From: Octopus sinensis | Lineage: Eukaryota | Assembly: GCF_006345805.1 (NCBI RefSeq) | Contig: NC_043014.1 | Coordinates: 15,438,001 to 15,502,000, forward strand | Direction of reading: 5' to 3' | DNA length: 64,000 nt | Shown here: positions 50,304-63,785 of the stretch, piece by piece | Numbering within the stretch: the stretch's first letter is position 1 | How the letters are laid out: each line of letters opens with the position of its first letter | Made by a program: the position numbers and the translations under genes | The notes under the pieces: model-generated | Told to the model about the DNA's origin: nothing | The model's input: the letters and a program-made list of their open reading frames with translations, nothing else | The model's database searches: none

Positions 50304-50474
50304 AATAGGAGTGGCTGTGTGGTAAGTAGCTTGCTTACGAACCACATGGCTCCGGGTTCAGTCCCACTGTGTGGCACCTTGGGCAAGTGTCTTCTACTAT
50401 AGCCTCAGGCCGACCAAAGTCTTGTGAATGGGTTTGGTAGACGGAAACTGAAAGAAGCCCTTCATATATATGTG

Positions 50475-50506
<32 letters not shown>

Positions 50507-50537
50507 ATATATATGTGTGTGTATATATATATATATA

Positions 50538-50608
<71 letters not shown>

Positions 50609-50806
50609 ATATGTCTGTGTTTGTCCCTCCAACATCGCTTGACAACCGATGCTGGTATGTTTACGTCCCTGTAACTTAGCGGTTTGACAAAAGAGACCGA
50701 TAGAATAAGTGCCAGGCTTACAAAGCATAAGTGCTGGGGTCAATTTGCTTGACTAAAGGCAGTGCTCCAGCATGGCCACAGTCAAATGACTGAAAGAAGT
50801 AAAAGA

Positions 50807-50808
<2 letters not shown>
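50301..50808 (+). mobile_element. SINE family A with expanded internal (TA)n
   Basis: Matches family consensus. Confidence 0.9.
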
Positions 50809-50846
<38 letters not shown>

Positions 50847-52289
50847 TGCATTTACTGATATAAAAGACGAACAGGCATATTAGATGCACTCCAATTTCAG
50901 CTGCGTATAATCGTGAAGTGAGTGTCAGGAAAAATTAGCTTATGGGAGGATCAACTTCACGTTTGGGACCCAGGATGATTGTTTGAGGCATCCTTTTTTT
51001 GGCGGGGGGAAAAGAAATTTTTTATGCCATCAAATATGGTATGTGTGTGTTTCTGTATATGTGTGTGTTTGTATGTGTATGTGTTTGTGTGTAAGTGTGT
51101 GCATTTGTGTGCGTGTGTGTTTGTGTCTGCATGTGTGTATGTGTGATGAGAGAAAGAGAAAGTGTGTATGTGTGTGTGTGTTGTGTGTGTGTGTGTGTGT
51201 GTGTTGTGTGTGTGTATGTAGGAGGAGGGGGACAACATTTGGACGAGATGAAGAGAAAAGAGGTGAACTACAGAAATGTGATGGTTGTGGTGGTGGTGGT
51301 GTTGATGGTGTTGATGATGGTGTTGATGGTGGTGGTGGTGGTAATAGGTGTTTCTACTAGGAAAACGGAGACTATGGAAATAGGTTGCAGATGTTGTCGA
51401 ACAAATGAAATCCAGTTTCGTTTTACTTTTACCTACTTACCGAAGTTGCTTATCAACCGTACAACCCTCGACCGCCTCACACTCACTCCAGATACTGACA
51501 CTTACATTTACACGCACACTCACACTCTCTCGAGCATGACAGCATGAGTGATTGAATTACTTACTAAGCGGGAAAGAATCAAAAGCTACATGAGAAAAGT
51601 TTCTCAGTACGTTTGAATCTCGTTAGTCAGCAACTATTATCGGACTGACAACGGTTTTGTAAACAAGCCAACCTATAAATACGATCAACTTGTTGATTAG
51701 TACTAGGTTGGTACTCAACGGGCAGTTCCAACCGTGACCATTCCGCCTTTTTTGTTTTTTAAAGTCTCAGGCTTACTGTACCCGTTATGGCATTTACTAA
51801 TATCATTTTTATTCTGTACTAGCTTAAAAGCCGCACTCCGTGTGGACTTTTAAGGCTAGCTCCGGCGGAGGGTTAATTAGGCATGAGGCCCAAAACTAAA
51901 GACAGCTTAATAGCATGACTATAATACGTCTATAATGACTATATGCCCCGGTGGTGTTTGATCAGAGGTTAAGGATAGATGAGAATTAATTCTGTAATGC
52001 AATAATTCTATTGTACCAGTCCCAAGTTGGATTCCAACTGTTGGCCAATTTGTCCCAAAGTTCTTATCATGACGTAAAATTAACGAAGTGTATGTCATTT
52101 ATCTCCCCCTTGATCGCTGACGTCATTTGACAAACGCCAACCAAGATGGTATGAATCAGCCAAGCTTTACATGCTAGAAATAGCAACCCAAATGCTTTTA
52201 AATCAGATCTCAATGCTGGATGTTCAAGAATCAAATGAAGGGCAGATTTTCAATCAATTTTGATTCCAAAAAGTTATATCTTTCTCTTT

Positions 52290-53005
52290 CTCTTTTCTCT
52301 TTTACTTGTTTCAGTCATCTGACTGTGGCCATGTTGGAACACCACTTTTAGTCGAGCAAATCAACCCCAGGATTTATTCTTTTTAAGCCTAGTACTTATT
52401 CTATCGGTCTCTTTTGCCGAACTGCTAAATTACGGAGACGTAAACACACCACCATCGGTTGTCAAGCAATGTTGGGAGGACAAACACAGATGCACAAAAA
52501 ACATATACACACATACATATGAAGGGCTTCTTTCAGTTTCCGTCTACCAAACCCATTCACAAAGGATGAAAGGCAAAGTCAACCTCGGTGGAATTTGAAC
52601 TCAGCACATAATGGCAGACGAAATGCTGCTAAACATTTTTTCAACATGCTAACGATTCTGCCAGTTCACCACCTTGCTGAGATCCCCTTCGGTCATGACT
52701 GACCATGGGATTGCACCTAGAAAGTTACCATCCCAGGCACAAGTCCGAGCAAGGTTGTTTTAAGGAAGACCAGCAGTCACCCATGCATACCGGCCTCCCC
52801 TCTCCATGCCACCAAGGTTATCAAAAGGAAAGGCAAAGGGGCCGATACAGCTTGGCACCAGTGATGTTGCAACTCATTTCTACAGCTGAGTGATCTGGAG
52901 CAACGTGAAATAAAGTGTCTTGCTCAAGAACACAAAACGTAGCCCGGTCAGGGATTCGAACTCACAACCTCACAATCGTAAGCTCTGAGCCATGCACCTT
53001 CACCC
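52290..53005 (-). mobile_element. Cluster: SINE A 3' part, SINE B 5' part and SINE D
   Basis: A 52290-52562, B 52562-52680, D 52683-53005. Confidence 0.75.
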
Positions 53006-53064
53006 ACTACTTTAAGAGTGGTTTAAAATAATAATTATTGTTTCTAATATAGAAATGGGGGATC

Positions 53065-53353
53065 TTTCGAAGGATCTCTGGCGTAACATTATTTGACAAA
53101 GTGCGTTGCTTGGAGATCAGAGAGTCTCTTCAGGTCGAGACACTACTTCTCCGCATTGAGAGGCTACATCTCCCATACTGCAGACATGATTAGACTATCA
53201 CAGAAAAGAATTACAAGATAGATTCTTTAAGCAGAGACAACTGGCAGAAGATCAAAGGGGAAACCAAGAACAAGTTGGTTGGATATTATTCATAGTTTTG
53301 TTTGGTTATGCTTGAAAACCCAGCCCAGAAGTGTTATGATTGCTTCAGATAGA
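53065..53353 (+). mobile_element. RTE-clade LINE ORF2 C-terminal remnant
   Basis: FRRISGVTLFDKVRCLEIRESLQVETLLLRIER...TGRRSKGKPRTSWLD with frameshift and stops. Confidence 0.75.
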
Positions 53354-53704
53354 ACCCTAAGGAGAAGATACTTGAAAACTCTACTCCCTATGCAATATAG
53401 ACTAATTTGGGTGTGGGGTTAGTCGATATAATCGACCCCAAGATTTGATTGCTACTTAATGTTATTGAACCCAAAGGAATCAAAGATGGAGTTAAGCTCA
53501 GTAGGATTAGAACGCAGCATATAAAGAGCTGGGATTAATACTGCAAGACATTTTCCCAATGATCTAACGATTTTGCCAATCCGCCGTCCTAACAAAAATT
53601 TTCTCACACAGGCATAAGATTTGAAGTTAGGAACAAGTGGGGTTTGAACTCAAAAACTGAAAGAAGTGGAAGAAGTACTGCAATGCATTTTGTTTGATGC
53701 TCTC

Positions 53705-54075
53705 TTTTCTCTCTTTTACTTGTTTCAGTCATTTGACTGTGGCCATGCTGGAGCACCACCTTTAGTCGAGCAAATCGACCCCAGGACTTATTCTTTGGAA
53801 GCCTAGTACTTATTCTGTTGGTCTTTTTTGCTGAACTGCTAAGTTATGGGGACATAAACCACCAGCATCGGTTGTCAAGTGATGTTGGGGGGACAAACAC
53901 AGACACACAAACATATACACACACACACACATACACACATACATACAATGGGCTTCTTTCAGTTTCCATCTGCGAAATCCACTCACAAGGCTTTGGTCGG
54001 CCCGAGGCTATAGTAGAAGACACTTGTCCAAGGTGCCATGCAGTGGGACTGAACCCGGAACCATGTGGTTAGTAA
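53705..54075 (-). mobile_element. SINE family A
   Basis: Matches family consensus. Confidence 0.9.
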
Positions 54076-54139
54076 GCTCTAAAATTTCTTCCAATTCATT
54101 GCACTTAAAAAACACAGTAAATTAAAATTGACATTTTTT

Positions 54140-54385
54140 CTTATCAGGAGGTGGATGGGATGCTGCTAATAAATTTGTAGAAGTATGGCCCATTGTGGCA
54201 GAGATAGAATATATAAAGAGTGGAGACAGTGAATGTAAGAGCCAGAGGTTGTATGTAATGTGTGGTGAGAGAGTCTTTGCTAAGGAGTCGGATGTAAACT
54301 AGAGATTGCATGTGGAGTGTTGGTGAGTGAGTCTTTGCTAGTCTGTTTGATGGTCTTCTGTAGGATGTGGAGTAACATGTAGGAG
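54140..54385 (-). mobile_element. Possible CR1/L2-type LINE C-terminal remnant
   Basis: Weak VSTLYIFYLCHNG...SSIPS similarity to the SLFYRYY.G motif. Confidence 0.3.
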
Positions 54386-54583
54386 CAGAATTTTTTATTA
54401 AAAGTTTTATTTGCGATTTGTGGAGGGCAGATAGCTGATAAAAGCTGAACTAGTTTCTGGTTTGTAAAATATTAATTCTTGTTCATTTTCTTCAATGGAA
54501 TAATAAGAATTTCTCATATCTTGGTAAATTAATCCTATTAATTACACTATGTAACATGATTTTTATTCTTGGGTAAGCAACTC

Positions 54584-54987
54584 TTATTTCCTATATGATT
54601 TTCCCTAAAAAGTATGAAAGATGGCTAATATTTCCTTCGAACTTTGCTTTTGTTACATTTATTCAAACCCCAAAGAATCCCCCTCAACACATGGCTATGA
54701 TGCTCCCTTGCTATTCCTGTTCATGACCAGAGATGCACATATTGTCAGCCATTAAGGGACATGCTCAAGTGGTTAAGGTCAAACAACTGACAAGCAAATC
54801 TGTGGTATTGAGCAGAATATTTGCTATAACGATATTTCTGCGTCAGCAACTCAGCACTGAATCTGTTTGAAATGTAATGGAAAATAAGGCCAGTTTCCAA
54901 ACATTGATGTCTAAGGTACAAAAGCAAAGTTTGAAGGGGACAGTAGTCATTTCCTTTGATTTCTAGATAGAAGTAAATAGGAAATAA
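54584..54987. mobile_element. MITE with long imperfect TIRs
   Basis: ttatttcctat...ccttcgaactttgcttttg versus caaaagcaaagtttgaagg...ataggaaataa; partial copies at 22975-23282 and 61935-61992. Confidence 0.7.
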
Positions 54988-55819
54988 CACTTACTGACCA
55001 AAGACAATAAACAGATAAATAGTGTTATTTTTCTTCAGGTTCTCCATAATTACAGTTGAAGTTTGTATGAGGGGGTTTATTAACAAAAAACAAAAGTAAA
55101 CAAACAACAGCTCCAATAAAGGACAACAGATCTTTCTACCAGGATTATGAGATACTGCAACTGAGAGGAATGAGAAGAGAAAAAAAATCTTTAGCAGAAA
55201 GATACTCATTTCAATTTATTATCAGTGAGCAACAGCAAAGAGGAATGAGATGTTTGTTGGTTCAAAGCCTCCAACCAGAAATGCTATGATTGCAAGTAAT
55301 GATGCTAGCTATAGATTGAATGCCACTTCTGCAGAATGAAGTGAGCAGCAGCTGTGCACTGTACAAGGAAACAAAAGTGCATGCATGTGCAGGAGGTGTT
55401 GTGTTTAGGAGGTATGTGTGTGTGCGTGGAAGGTGGAGGTTGCAATGGTGTTTGAAGAGATTAAATTCCTTTGTTCCTTAATGCTAAAGGTTTGAATTGT
55501 TTGTGTCTGTTTTTGCAAATAGATACATGCAGCATAACCGTGTAAATTACATGACGGCACTTGAGAGAGTAGGAGGGACATTATAGTAGCGGTATGAGAC
55601 AGGGAGGAGTGGATAGATGACAGGTGACACATGAGACGCTGAGTGAGTTCAGATGAGGCAGATTCAGGTGATATTTTCAGTTTCTAGATGTGTATGCCTC
55701 TGTGTGTGTATACATACATACATATGTACATGTGTGAATTATATGTATATATTTACGCAATATCTATTTGTAATACAAACAATACACATTAGACGCACAT
55801 ACATACACACATTTATGTT

Positions 55820-56192
55820 CTTTTACTCTTTTACTTGTTTCAGTCATTAGACTGCGACCATGCTGGAGCACCGCCTTAAAGGGTTTTAGTTGAATAAATT
55901 GACCCCAGGACTTATGCTTTGTAAACTCAGCACTTATTCTATCAGATTAGAATAAGTACTAGGGACGTAAACACACCAACAACGTTGAGGGAACAAACAC
56001 AAAGAGACAGACAGACAGATAGACAGACACACATACAGACACATGACAGGCTTCTTTCAGTTTCCGTCAGCCAAATCAACTCACAAGGCTTCAGTTGGCC
56101 CCAGGCTATAGTAGAAAACACTTGCTCAAAGTACCCCGCAGTGGGACTGAACCCGGAAGCAAGCTTCTTACCACACAGCCACGCCTGCGCCT
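55820..56192 (-). mobile_element. SINE family A
   Basis: Matches family consensus. Confidence 0.8.
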
Positions 56193-56396
56193 ATTAATAT
56201 ATATGTATATATATGATTTGTAATACATACACAAATTATGTACGTGCGCACACATATACATACTCATATACACACACACACATGCATTTATACATATACA
56301 TCCGTTGGTTTTTAACGACCTGGAGCAAACCTATTCAGTATCATTGTGGAGTGTGACTACTTATTATGGCTGGTCCTGATACCTTGGGTCAGCATT

Positions 56397-56427
<31 letters not shown>

Positions 56428-56627
56428 TGCACACACACACACATACACATGCATGCGCGCCACACACACAAATCCGTTATATGCAACAGAGACAGTATTA
56501 GATTAAAATCTGTGTATCAGATATTTGTAAATACTTTACGAAAAAGCAAACTTACTGCTGTACTCATTCGGTAGTAGTATCTCTGATGGACATCTGTGTT
56601 TAAAAACACTAACTATAAACACACATA

Positions 56628-57503
56628 TAGGGTGGGTGGAAGGTAACTAGGCATTAGAAATTGCTTATAGACTTTTTATAGTATCACTGAAGTCATGATG
56701 AAAACATTTTTTAAGCAAACAACACTAATGGGGATTTCTTATTTTCTTATTGTCTTATTTCTTATTTTCCAGATGGATGGTCGCTTGACTGTTCAGGAGT
56801 AAGCTAAGATAGCAGAACACTATGAAGTGTGGAATTCCATTGTTTTGGTACAGAGAAGGTGGCGGTCATGGAAAGGTAATCATGCAACACTATGTCCGGA
56901 GACTACAAGAAGTTATCGTGCAAAGCTGATGACCACGGGCCCTGTGAATGATGCAAGAAGATGTGGCCGTCCAACCACATCCCCGATCAGCGGAGAATGT
57001 GGCAAAAGTGCAGGAAATGTTTAATTGCAGCCTGCAAAATTCAACATGTTAAGCAGCTCGTGAAAGTGGACTAACAATACGTACGGTGTTGCATAAAAAT
57101 TGAATTTTCATCCGTGGTAATCCCATTATGTGCAGGAGCTAAAACCTGAAGACTGTGACCACAGAAGTCCAGAAGTTCAGATCTCACTCCATTTGATTTT
57201 TATCTGTGGGGTTACACAAAAAAGGAGGGGTATAAGACAAAACCTTGCACACTGGAGGACTTGGAGACACAGATTCAGGAGGTTCTCAATGATATCCCAG
57301 ACAACATCCTTCAGGAGGTTATTCATTCCATCCCTGGGTGTTTGAGGAAACTGGTTGATACCACCAGTGCTTACATTGAAATATGAAGATTTACTTTCAT
57401 TTTTCTATGTAATAGCGAACATATAAAATTTGCTTCAATACATTTGTAAAAGGAATATGGATTTTATTACCGATTTTTGATGCCTACTTACTTTTCACCC
57501 ACC

Positions 57504-57506
<3 letters not shown>
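56628..57506 (+). mobile_element. Internally deleted Tc1/mariner-superfamily transposon (maT/DD37D-like)
   Basis: TA-flanked TIRs tagggtgggtggaaggtaactaggcat and atgcctacttacttttcacccaccctg; residual RSPDLTPFDFYLWG...YKTKPCTLEDLETQI; several stops. Confidence 0.85.
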
Positions 57507-57555
<49 letters not shown>

Positions 57556-57557
<2 letters not shown>

Positions 57558-57842
57558 TCATCATCATCGTCGTTTAACATCCGCTTTCCATGCTAGCTTG
57601 GGTTGGATGATTTGACTGAGGTCTGGCGAACCAGATGGCTGCACCAGACTCCAATCTTGATCTGGCAGAGTTTCTACAGCTGGATGCCCTTCCTTAACAC
57701 CAACCACTCCGAGAGTGTAGTGGGTGCTTTTACGTGCCACCAGTATGAGGGCCAGTCAGGTGGTACTGGCAACAGCCACGCTCAAATGGTGCTTTTTACG
57801 TGCCACCTGCACAGTAGCCAGTCCAGTGGCACTGGCAATGAC
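57556..57842 (-). mobile_element. Family C element
   Basis: catcatcatcgtcgtttaacatccgctttccatgc... Confidence 0.8.
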
Positions 57843-58578
57843 CATATATATATTTATTTGCACCGTATTTTAAACTGATTGTCAAGTTTTATCTCTCTTT
57901 GTATAGCATGAGGATTACAGACAATGTCGCAGCCACTCAGCCCTCAGCACATAAGGTCATGCCATAACCTTCTCTTAGAGGTCTTTATCACATGTTTATG
58001 CTTCTATGTTTATGGAACAGACATGGTAAACGTTTTTCTTCAGTCAGTCTTACGAGGTATTCTTCAACATAAACCAGGTCACGGCATGAAATGAGTAAGT
58101 TAGCAAACTCTATTTGTAGCACAGGGAAGTATATTAGTTGAGGACATAAAGCTTGTATAAAGAAAAAAATTAGTAAATAGCTATTAAGTCTAGTTATATA
58201 AACTGGAGAAATAAAATTCAGTAGGTGCAGGCTTGAAAAGCTATTTGCAATAACATGGTTGCTGGTTCAGTTCCACAGCTGGGCACCTTGGGTATGTGTC
58301 CTCTACTGTCATATATATACTTAGGTAAATAAAAATTAATTTTTACACTAAAAATTAATAGAGTATCTAATCCTAGTTTATTTTTAAAATTTCAAAGTAT
58401 AAATGATAAAAAAAACCCAGATCAATTCTAAAAATTTTGCCAAAGAACTAACCATAAAATTTTCTTTTAATCACAACTACATCATATATATTTAAATATA
58501 TATATGCATATACATATATATATCGTCAATGTTATCATATATCCGGTAAAAAAAACCGCACACTCTAAAGCATAGAGG

Positions 58579-58702
58579 TTATAGAGTAACTGATGGTTTC
58601 GCATACACAAAGGGCTTAGCCTTGTGAAATCTGATGAGACATCTCGTCAGACATCATAGGGCTAAGCCCTTTGTGGATGCAAAACCATTGGTCACCCTAT
58701 GA
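58579..58702. repeat. 124-bp imperfect palindrome
   Basis: 61-bp arms, about 12 differences, mostly transitions; central ctgatgagacatctcgtcag. Confidence 0.8.
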
Positions 58703-58736
58703 CTGGACATAGACTTAACACACACACACACACACA

Positions 58737-58804
<68 letters not shown>

Positions 58805-58980
58805 CGTCCCAGATTATTAGGCAAATCAACCTTCTCTCAATAAATAAATGTATATTTATTCAAAACCAGTTGTTTTCCCACTGACTGTTAACAACACTTC
58901 TCTGCGCTCATTCTGTTAAATTAAATCGGATCTGCGCATACGCCAACAAATGGCAGCCATTTTTGTGATTGGGCAGCATT

Positions 58981-59318
58981 TTTACCTTCACAAATCATTA
59001 GGCAAGTATAATAAAAATGATAATTGTGTCAGAACAAACATTTATTTAATTCAACAGTAAAGGTTTAACAAAAAAATTATTCATAAAGGACTTAATGGTA
59101 AACATAATACGTTTGAAGGAAAATAATTATGGGATTATGATGTCATACAACACCTAATGTTTGGTGTATGATCCTGTACATGAAATAACCTTCCTTATGT
59201 ACTTATCCATTGAATTTGTCAAGGTGACGATATCCTCTTGTGTCATGTTTAGAGCAGCATCTACAATAGCATCCCAGAGGGCAGCTTTACTTGAAAACTG
59301 CTGTCCATCTTGGAAACA
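58981..59318 (-). mobile_element. Tc1-type transposase C-terminal fragment with probable TIR
   Basis: FQDGQQFSSKAALWDAIVDAALNMTQEDIVTLTNSMDKYIRKVISCTGSYTKH*; ccttcacaaatcattaggca resembles Tc1 termini. Confidence 0.6.
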
Positions 59319-59344
59319 CATTTGTGTGTGTGTGTGTGTGTGTT

Positions 59345-59917
59345 GAGCTTCCAAGCGGCATCCGTCTACCAAATTCACTCACAAGGCATTCATCAGAGCG
59401 GTGCCATAGCAGAAGACCTTGCCCAAGGTACTACACTGGGGACGAACCCGAGACTACATAGTTGCAAAACAAGTTTCTTAACCACACAGCCATGCCTGCG
59501 CCTGGAGATTAAATAAATAAATAAATAAATGATTGCGGCTCTTCACATAGAACGTTTACTCTTTTACTTGTTTCAGTCATTTTGACTGCAACCATGCTGG
59601 AGCACTGCTTTTAGTCGATCAAATCGACCCCAGGACTTATTCTTTGTAAGCATAGTACATATTCTATCGGTCTCTTTTGCCGAACTGCTAAGTTACAGGG
59701 ACGTAAACACACCAGCATTGGTTGTCAAGCAATGTTGGACACACACACACACACAACGGGCTTCTTTCAGTTTCCGCTTATCAAATTTACTCACAAGGCT
59801 TTGGTTGACCCGAGGCTATAGTAGAAGACACTTGCCCAAGGTGCCACGCAGTGGGACTAAACCCAGAACCATGTGGTTGGTAAGCAAGCTACTTACCACA
59901 CAGCCACTCCTGCACCT
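59345..59917 (-). mobile_element. Two SINE family A copies (5' fragment and full length)
   Basis: 59345-59503 and 59553-59917. Confidence 0.85.
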
Positions 59918-60900
59918 ATAAACTACCTTTTTAAAGTTAAAATTTGGAAGAAGAAAAAAAACACAAAGAATTTCTTACTTTGTTTTATTTGTCAAACTAG
60001 AGTATTAAACTGTATGAATAACATGTTTATCAAAATGTTTAATCATAAATTTCAATTTTCTAACGATTTTAATTATAAATTTTTTTTAGACCACGGTGTA
60101 CAGTTTGGAAACAACTGCTGTTGTCTTGTAATTTGAGGGAGATTGTTGCGGCTGTTTCCAGCAGGTGAAGTGAATGGCTAGAGACTCCCTCAATGTCCAG
60201 AGATGTTGCGTATGTCTGAGATTTTGTACTGTGTTTATTATGTAAGGTAACATTCTTTTATAATCATCTATATAATATATACCGAGATATATACCGAGCA
60301 AATCTGTGTCAACTTGACCTACAAGTTATAACAACCAAATTTCTGCCAAATCACATCTTATTACCTTTTAAACAAAGACAGACACACTGAGACATGAATG
60401 AAAAAGGGAGGGGATAGATAGATAGCGAGAGAGAGAGAGAGAGAGGGGGAGAGAGTGAGAATAGTTCTATATAAAAGGTCAAGCCATATGTTACTTTCTG
60501 TTTACTGATTTTCTTGTCCTGAAGTGGCTGATCTGAGAAAGGTGGAAGAGAGAAAAAGAAAATATTCTAAATAGAGGTGGATTAGATAGATAAATATAAG
60601 GGTAAGAGAAAATGAGAGAGTGAGGGAAAGGAAGATAACTAGCAGTCATCTGACAAATGAGACAGGTAGTCAGGTGAGCAGTTAGTGAAATATAAGAAGG
60701 AATGGAACAGGAACAGAGAGTGTGGAGCAAGTAATGCAAGTGAAATAAATATGGGAAGAGGAAAGAATTCTACTGTATAAAAAGGTGTTAGAGAGGTAAC
60801 AATAAAATAAGAAATGTGGAAGGAGAAAAGTCTGATTGTGCTGAGAAAAATGGAAGAAGGGAGAAGGAAATATGAGGGAGTGGACTAATTGAATAGATAC

Positions 60901-60938
<38 letters not shown>

Positions 60939-61647
60939 GAAAGAGATGTGGGGTAACAGCCAGTGAGACAAGCAGTCAGGTAAACAGACAAGGCAATGCT
61001 AGAAGAAAATGTAGCAGGATTTGAAGCAGAAAGATTAAGAATTGCTGCCATGAGATAGATATTACGCTAACGTGCACGTGTATGTATGTTTGTGTGTGTG
61101 TGTGTGTGGTGTGTGTGTGTGTGTGTGTACGTGAATGCATATCTGAGACAGACAGACAGTGAGAGGGAGGGGGTGCATGAATTTTGCATAGTGTTTCAGA
61201 ATGACACAGCCGAATACTTAAGAAGTTTGTTTCACAATCATGAGTCTACGAGTTCGATCCCACTGCATGACATCTTGAGTAGATCCATTTTTTGTGAGGG
61301 AAACAAGAAAATGGAAACTGCACTGAAGCTCTTTGGATGGATTGTACCTGTAATTCAAACGTCCTGCTTTGACACACATTGAGTGATGCTGATTGTGACT
61401 GAGATCTAAGCGAAGGACAGAAGTGTCGATGGAGTACTCAGCGATTTTCACTGTGACTTAATGGGTTGGTAGTTCAAATGATACAAAAACAAAAATAAAA
61501 ATATTGGTATTAATCATCGTCGCAACTGAGCGAGATCCATTTACCTTATGCAGCATCCTTTCATAATCACACACACAAACGCACACACAAATATTCGAGA
61601 AAGAGAGCGAGAATTTTTGCTTGGTGTTTATGTAGAATAAAATCTTA

Positions 61648-61681
<34 letters not shown>

Positions 61682-61769
61682 TGTGTGCTCTCTCACGCAT
61701 ATAATAAATGTAAGCATCAATACACGAAACTCTCGGCCCTTGAGTCACTCTGTAACTTCTGTCGATTGA

Positions 61770-61787
61770 TAATAATAATAATAATAA

Positions 61788-61818
<31 letters not shown>

Positions 61819-61905
61819 AGAAGAAGAAGAAGAAGAAGAAGAAGAAGAGAGAAGAAGAAGAAGAAGAAGAAGAAGAAGAAGAAGAAGAAGAAGAAGAAGA
61901 AGATC
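61770..61905. repeat. (TAA)n/(GAA)n microsatellite
   Basis: Direct inspection. Confidence 0.95.
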
Positions 61906-61991
61906 TTGTACATTGTTTTGTCTTGGTATAAAGATGGCCTACAGCAAATATTCTGCTCAATACCACAGATTTGCTTGTCAGTTGTTTGACC

Positions 61992-62024
<33 letters not shown>

Positions 62025-63004
62025 GGTTTGATCAGTTGCCAGGACTGTATTGAAGCAGATGAAAACAGCTTAGGGTAGTATATAAAAAATGCCACGGGGC
62101 CATTGTTGAAATATACAAAGGTAGCTGGCGTCATCAAAACTGAAAATTGTATAATGAATGAAAAATTTAAACAAGAAATGAACACAAAAAAGAAAAAGAA
62201 TGGAAGGAAACAAAAATGTTTGCAAGAGATGTGAACACGAAGACAGATAAAGAGGACCGGTGGCTATGGATGAGGAGGAGTGACCTGAAGATAGAGACAA
62301 AAGCACTCATATGCGCAGCTCAGGAACAAGCATTAAGGATCAATTATGTTACGTGCAGAATAAACAACAATACCGACAGCGACAAAATGCAGAATGTGTG
62401 GTGAGAGAGGTGAAACCGTATGGCACATCGTTAGCGAGTGCCCGAAATTGGCACAATGTGAATATAAAAGATGACATGACAATGTGGCAAGAATGATCCA
62501 TTTGGAGCTCTGTGGAAATCACGGCCTACAAAGAGCAAAGACGTGGTATGAGAAACCTTCAGAAGGAGTCACCGAGAATGAGAATTTTAAAATCTTGTGG
62601 AATACAATGATCCAGTGCAATCACCTGACCAGACATCGGAAACCAGACATTGTCTTGGGGAATAAAAAAGGAAGAACAAGCATGATAATCGACATAGCAT
62701 GTCTCGGTGACAACAGGATCAATGTGAAAGAAGAAGAAAAAATAAACAACTATGATGATTTGAAGTGGGAAATACGAAGGTTGTGGTTAAAGAAGGGAGT
62801 AGACGTGATACCAATAGTAAGTGGTGTACTTAGAAGTATCAGCACTCTACTACTAACATGGCTGAAAAAGATTGGTGCAAGTGTGAAGTTAGGACATCTA
62901 CAAAAATCAGCATTGCTTGGAACTGCAAGAATTCTTCACAAGGTTCTTGAAGCATGACCAGTAAATAAGTGTCACCTTAATCTGCTGGCTGTGAACAAAT
63001 AATA

Positions 63005-63068
<64 letters not shown>
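62025..63068 (+). mobile_element. 5'-truncated R4/Dong LINE (CCHC knuckle and restriction-like endonuclease) in (TAA)n
   Basis: LKIETKALICAAQEQAL, RMCGERGETVWHIVSECPKLA, HRKPDIVLGNKKGRTSMIIDIACLGD, QKSALLGTARILHKVLEA*; (TAA)n at both ends. Confidence 0.95.
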
Positions 63069-63069
<1 letters not shown>

Positions 63070-63230
63070 CCTTTCTGTTATAGGCATAAGGCCTGGAATT
63101 TGGGGGTGGGGATAAGTCGATTACACCGACTCCAGTACCCAACTGGTACTTAATTTATCGAACCGAAAGGCAAAGTCGATCTCGGTGGAATTTGAACTCA
63201 GAATGCAAAGAGGAACGAAATACCGCTAAT
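63069..63230 (-). mobile_element. SINE family B
   Basis: Tail aataatcctttc, core ggtacttaatttatcga. Confidence 0.75.
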
Positions 63231-63426
63231 ACATAATATATGTATATATATGTGTGCATGTGTGTGAGGAGAGACATCTTCACAGCATTGTAGGCCTCTG
63301 GGTAAATCAGTGTACTGGGCCCTATAATTATTAACAACAAATTATGGCATACAAAGATTAGAATTAGGTCCCTAGGCCCGTGAGGTCCCTGGATGACTGC
63401 CCAGTATGCACATGTCTTAAGGCTTC

Positions 63427-63462
<36 letters not shown>

Positions 63463-63561
63463 TATACCCATACGAATGTGTGTGTGTGTGTGTTTATGTT
63501 TGTATCTTTCTGCCAATTAAAAATAGTGTATCATCTCTATATCTATCACACACACACACAC

Positions 63562-63594
<33 letters not shown>

Positions 63595-63730
63595 TTCGTA
63601 TGGGTATGCGTACACATACACGAGCTGGTGTAGTAAGACTGGAAGAATTTTTCTGTCTATTTTTGTCTATCTTTGTAAGAGAGAAATCTTTGCCCGAGAA
63701 TCTCTCTCTCTCCCCACTCCCTCTCTCTCC

Positions 63731-63785
<55 letters not shown>

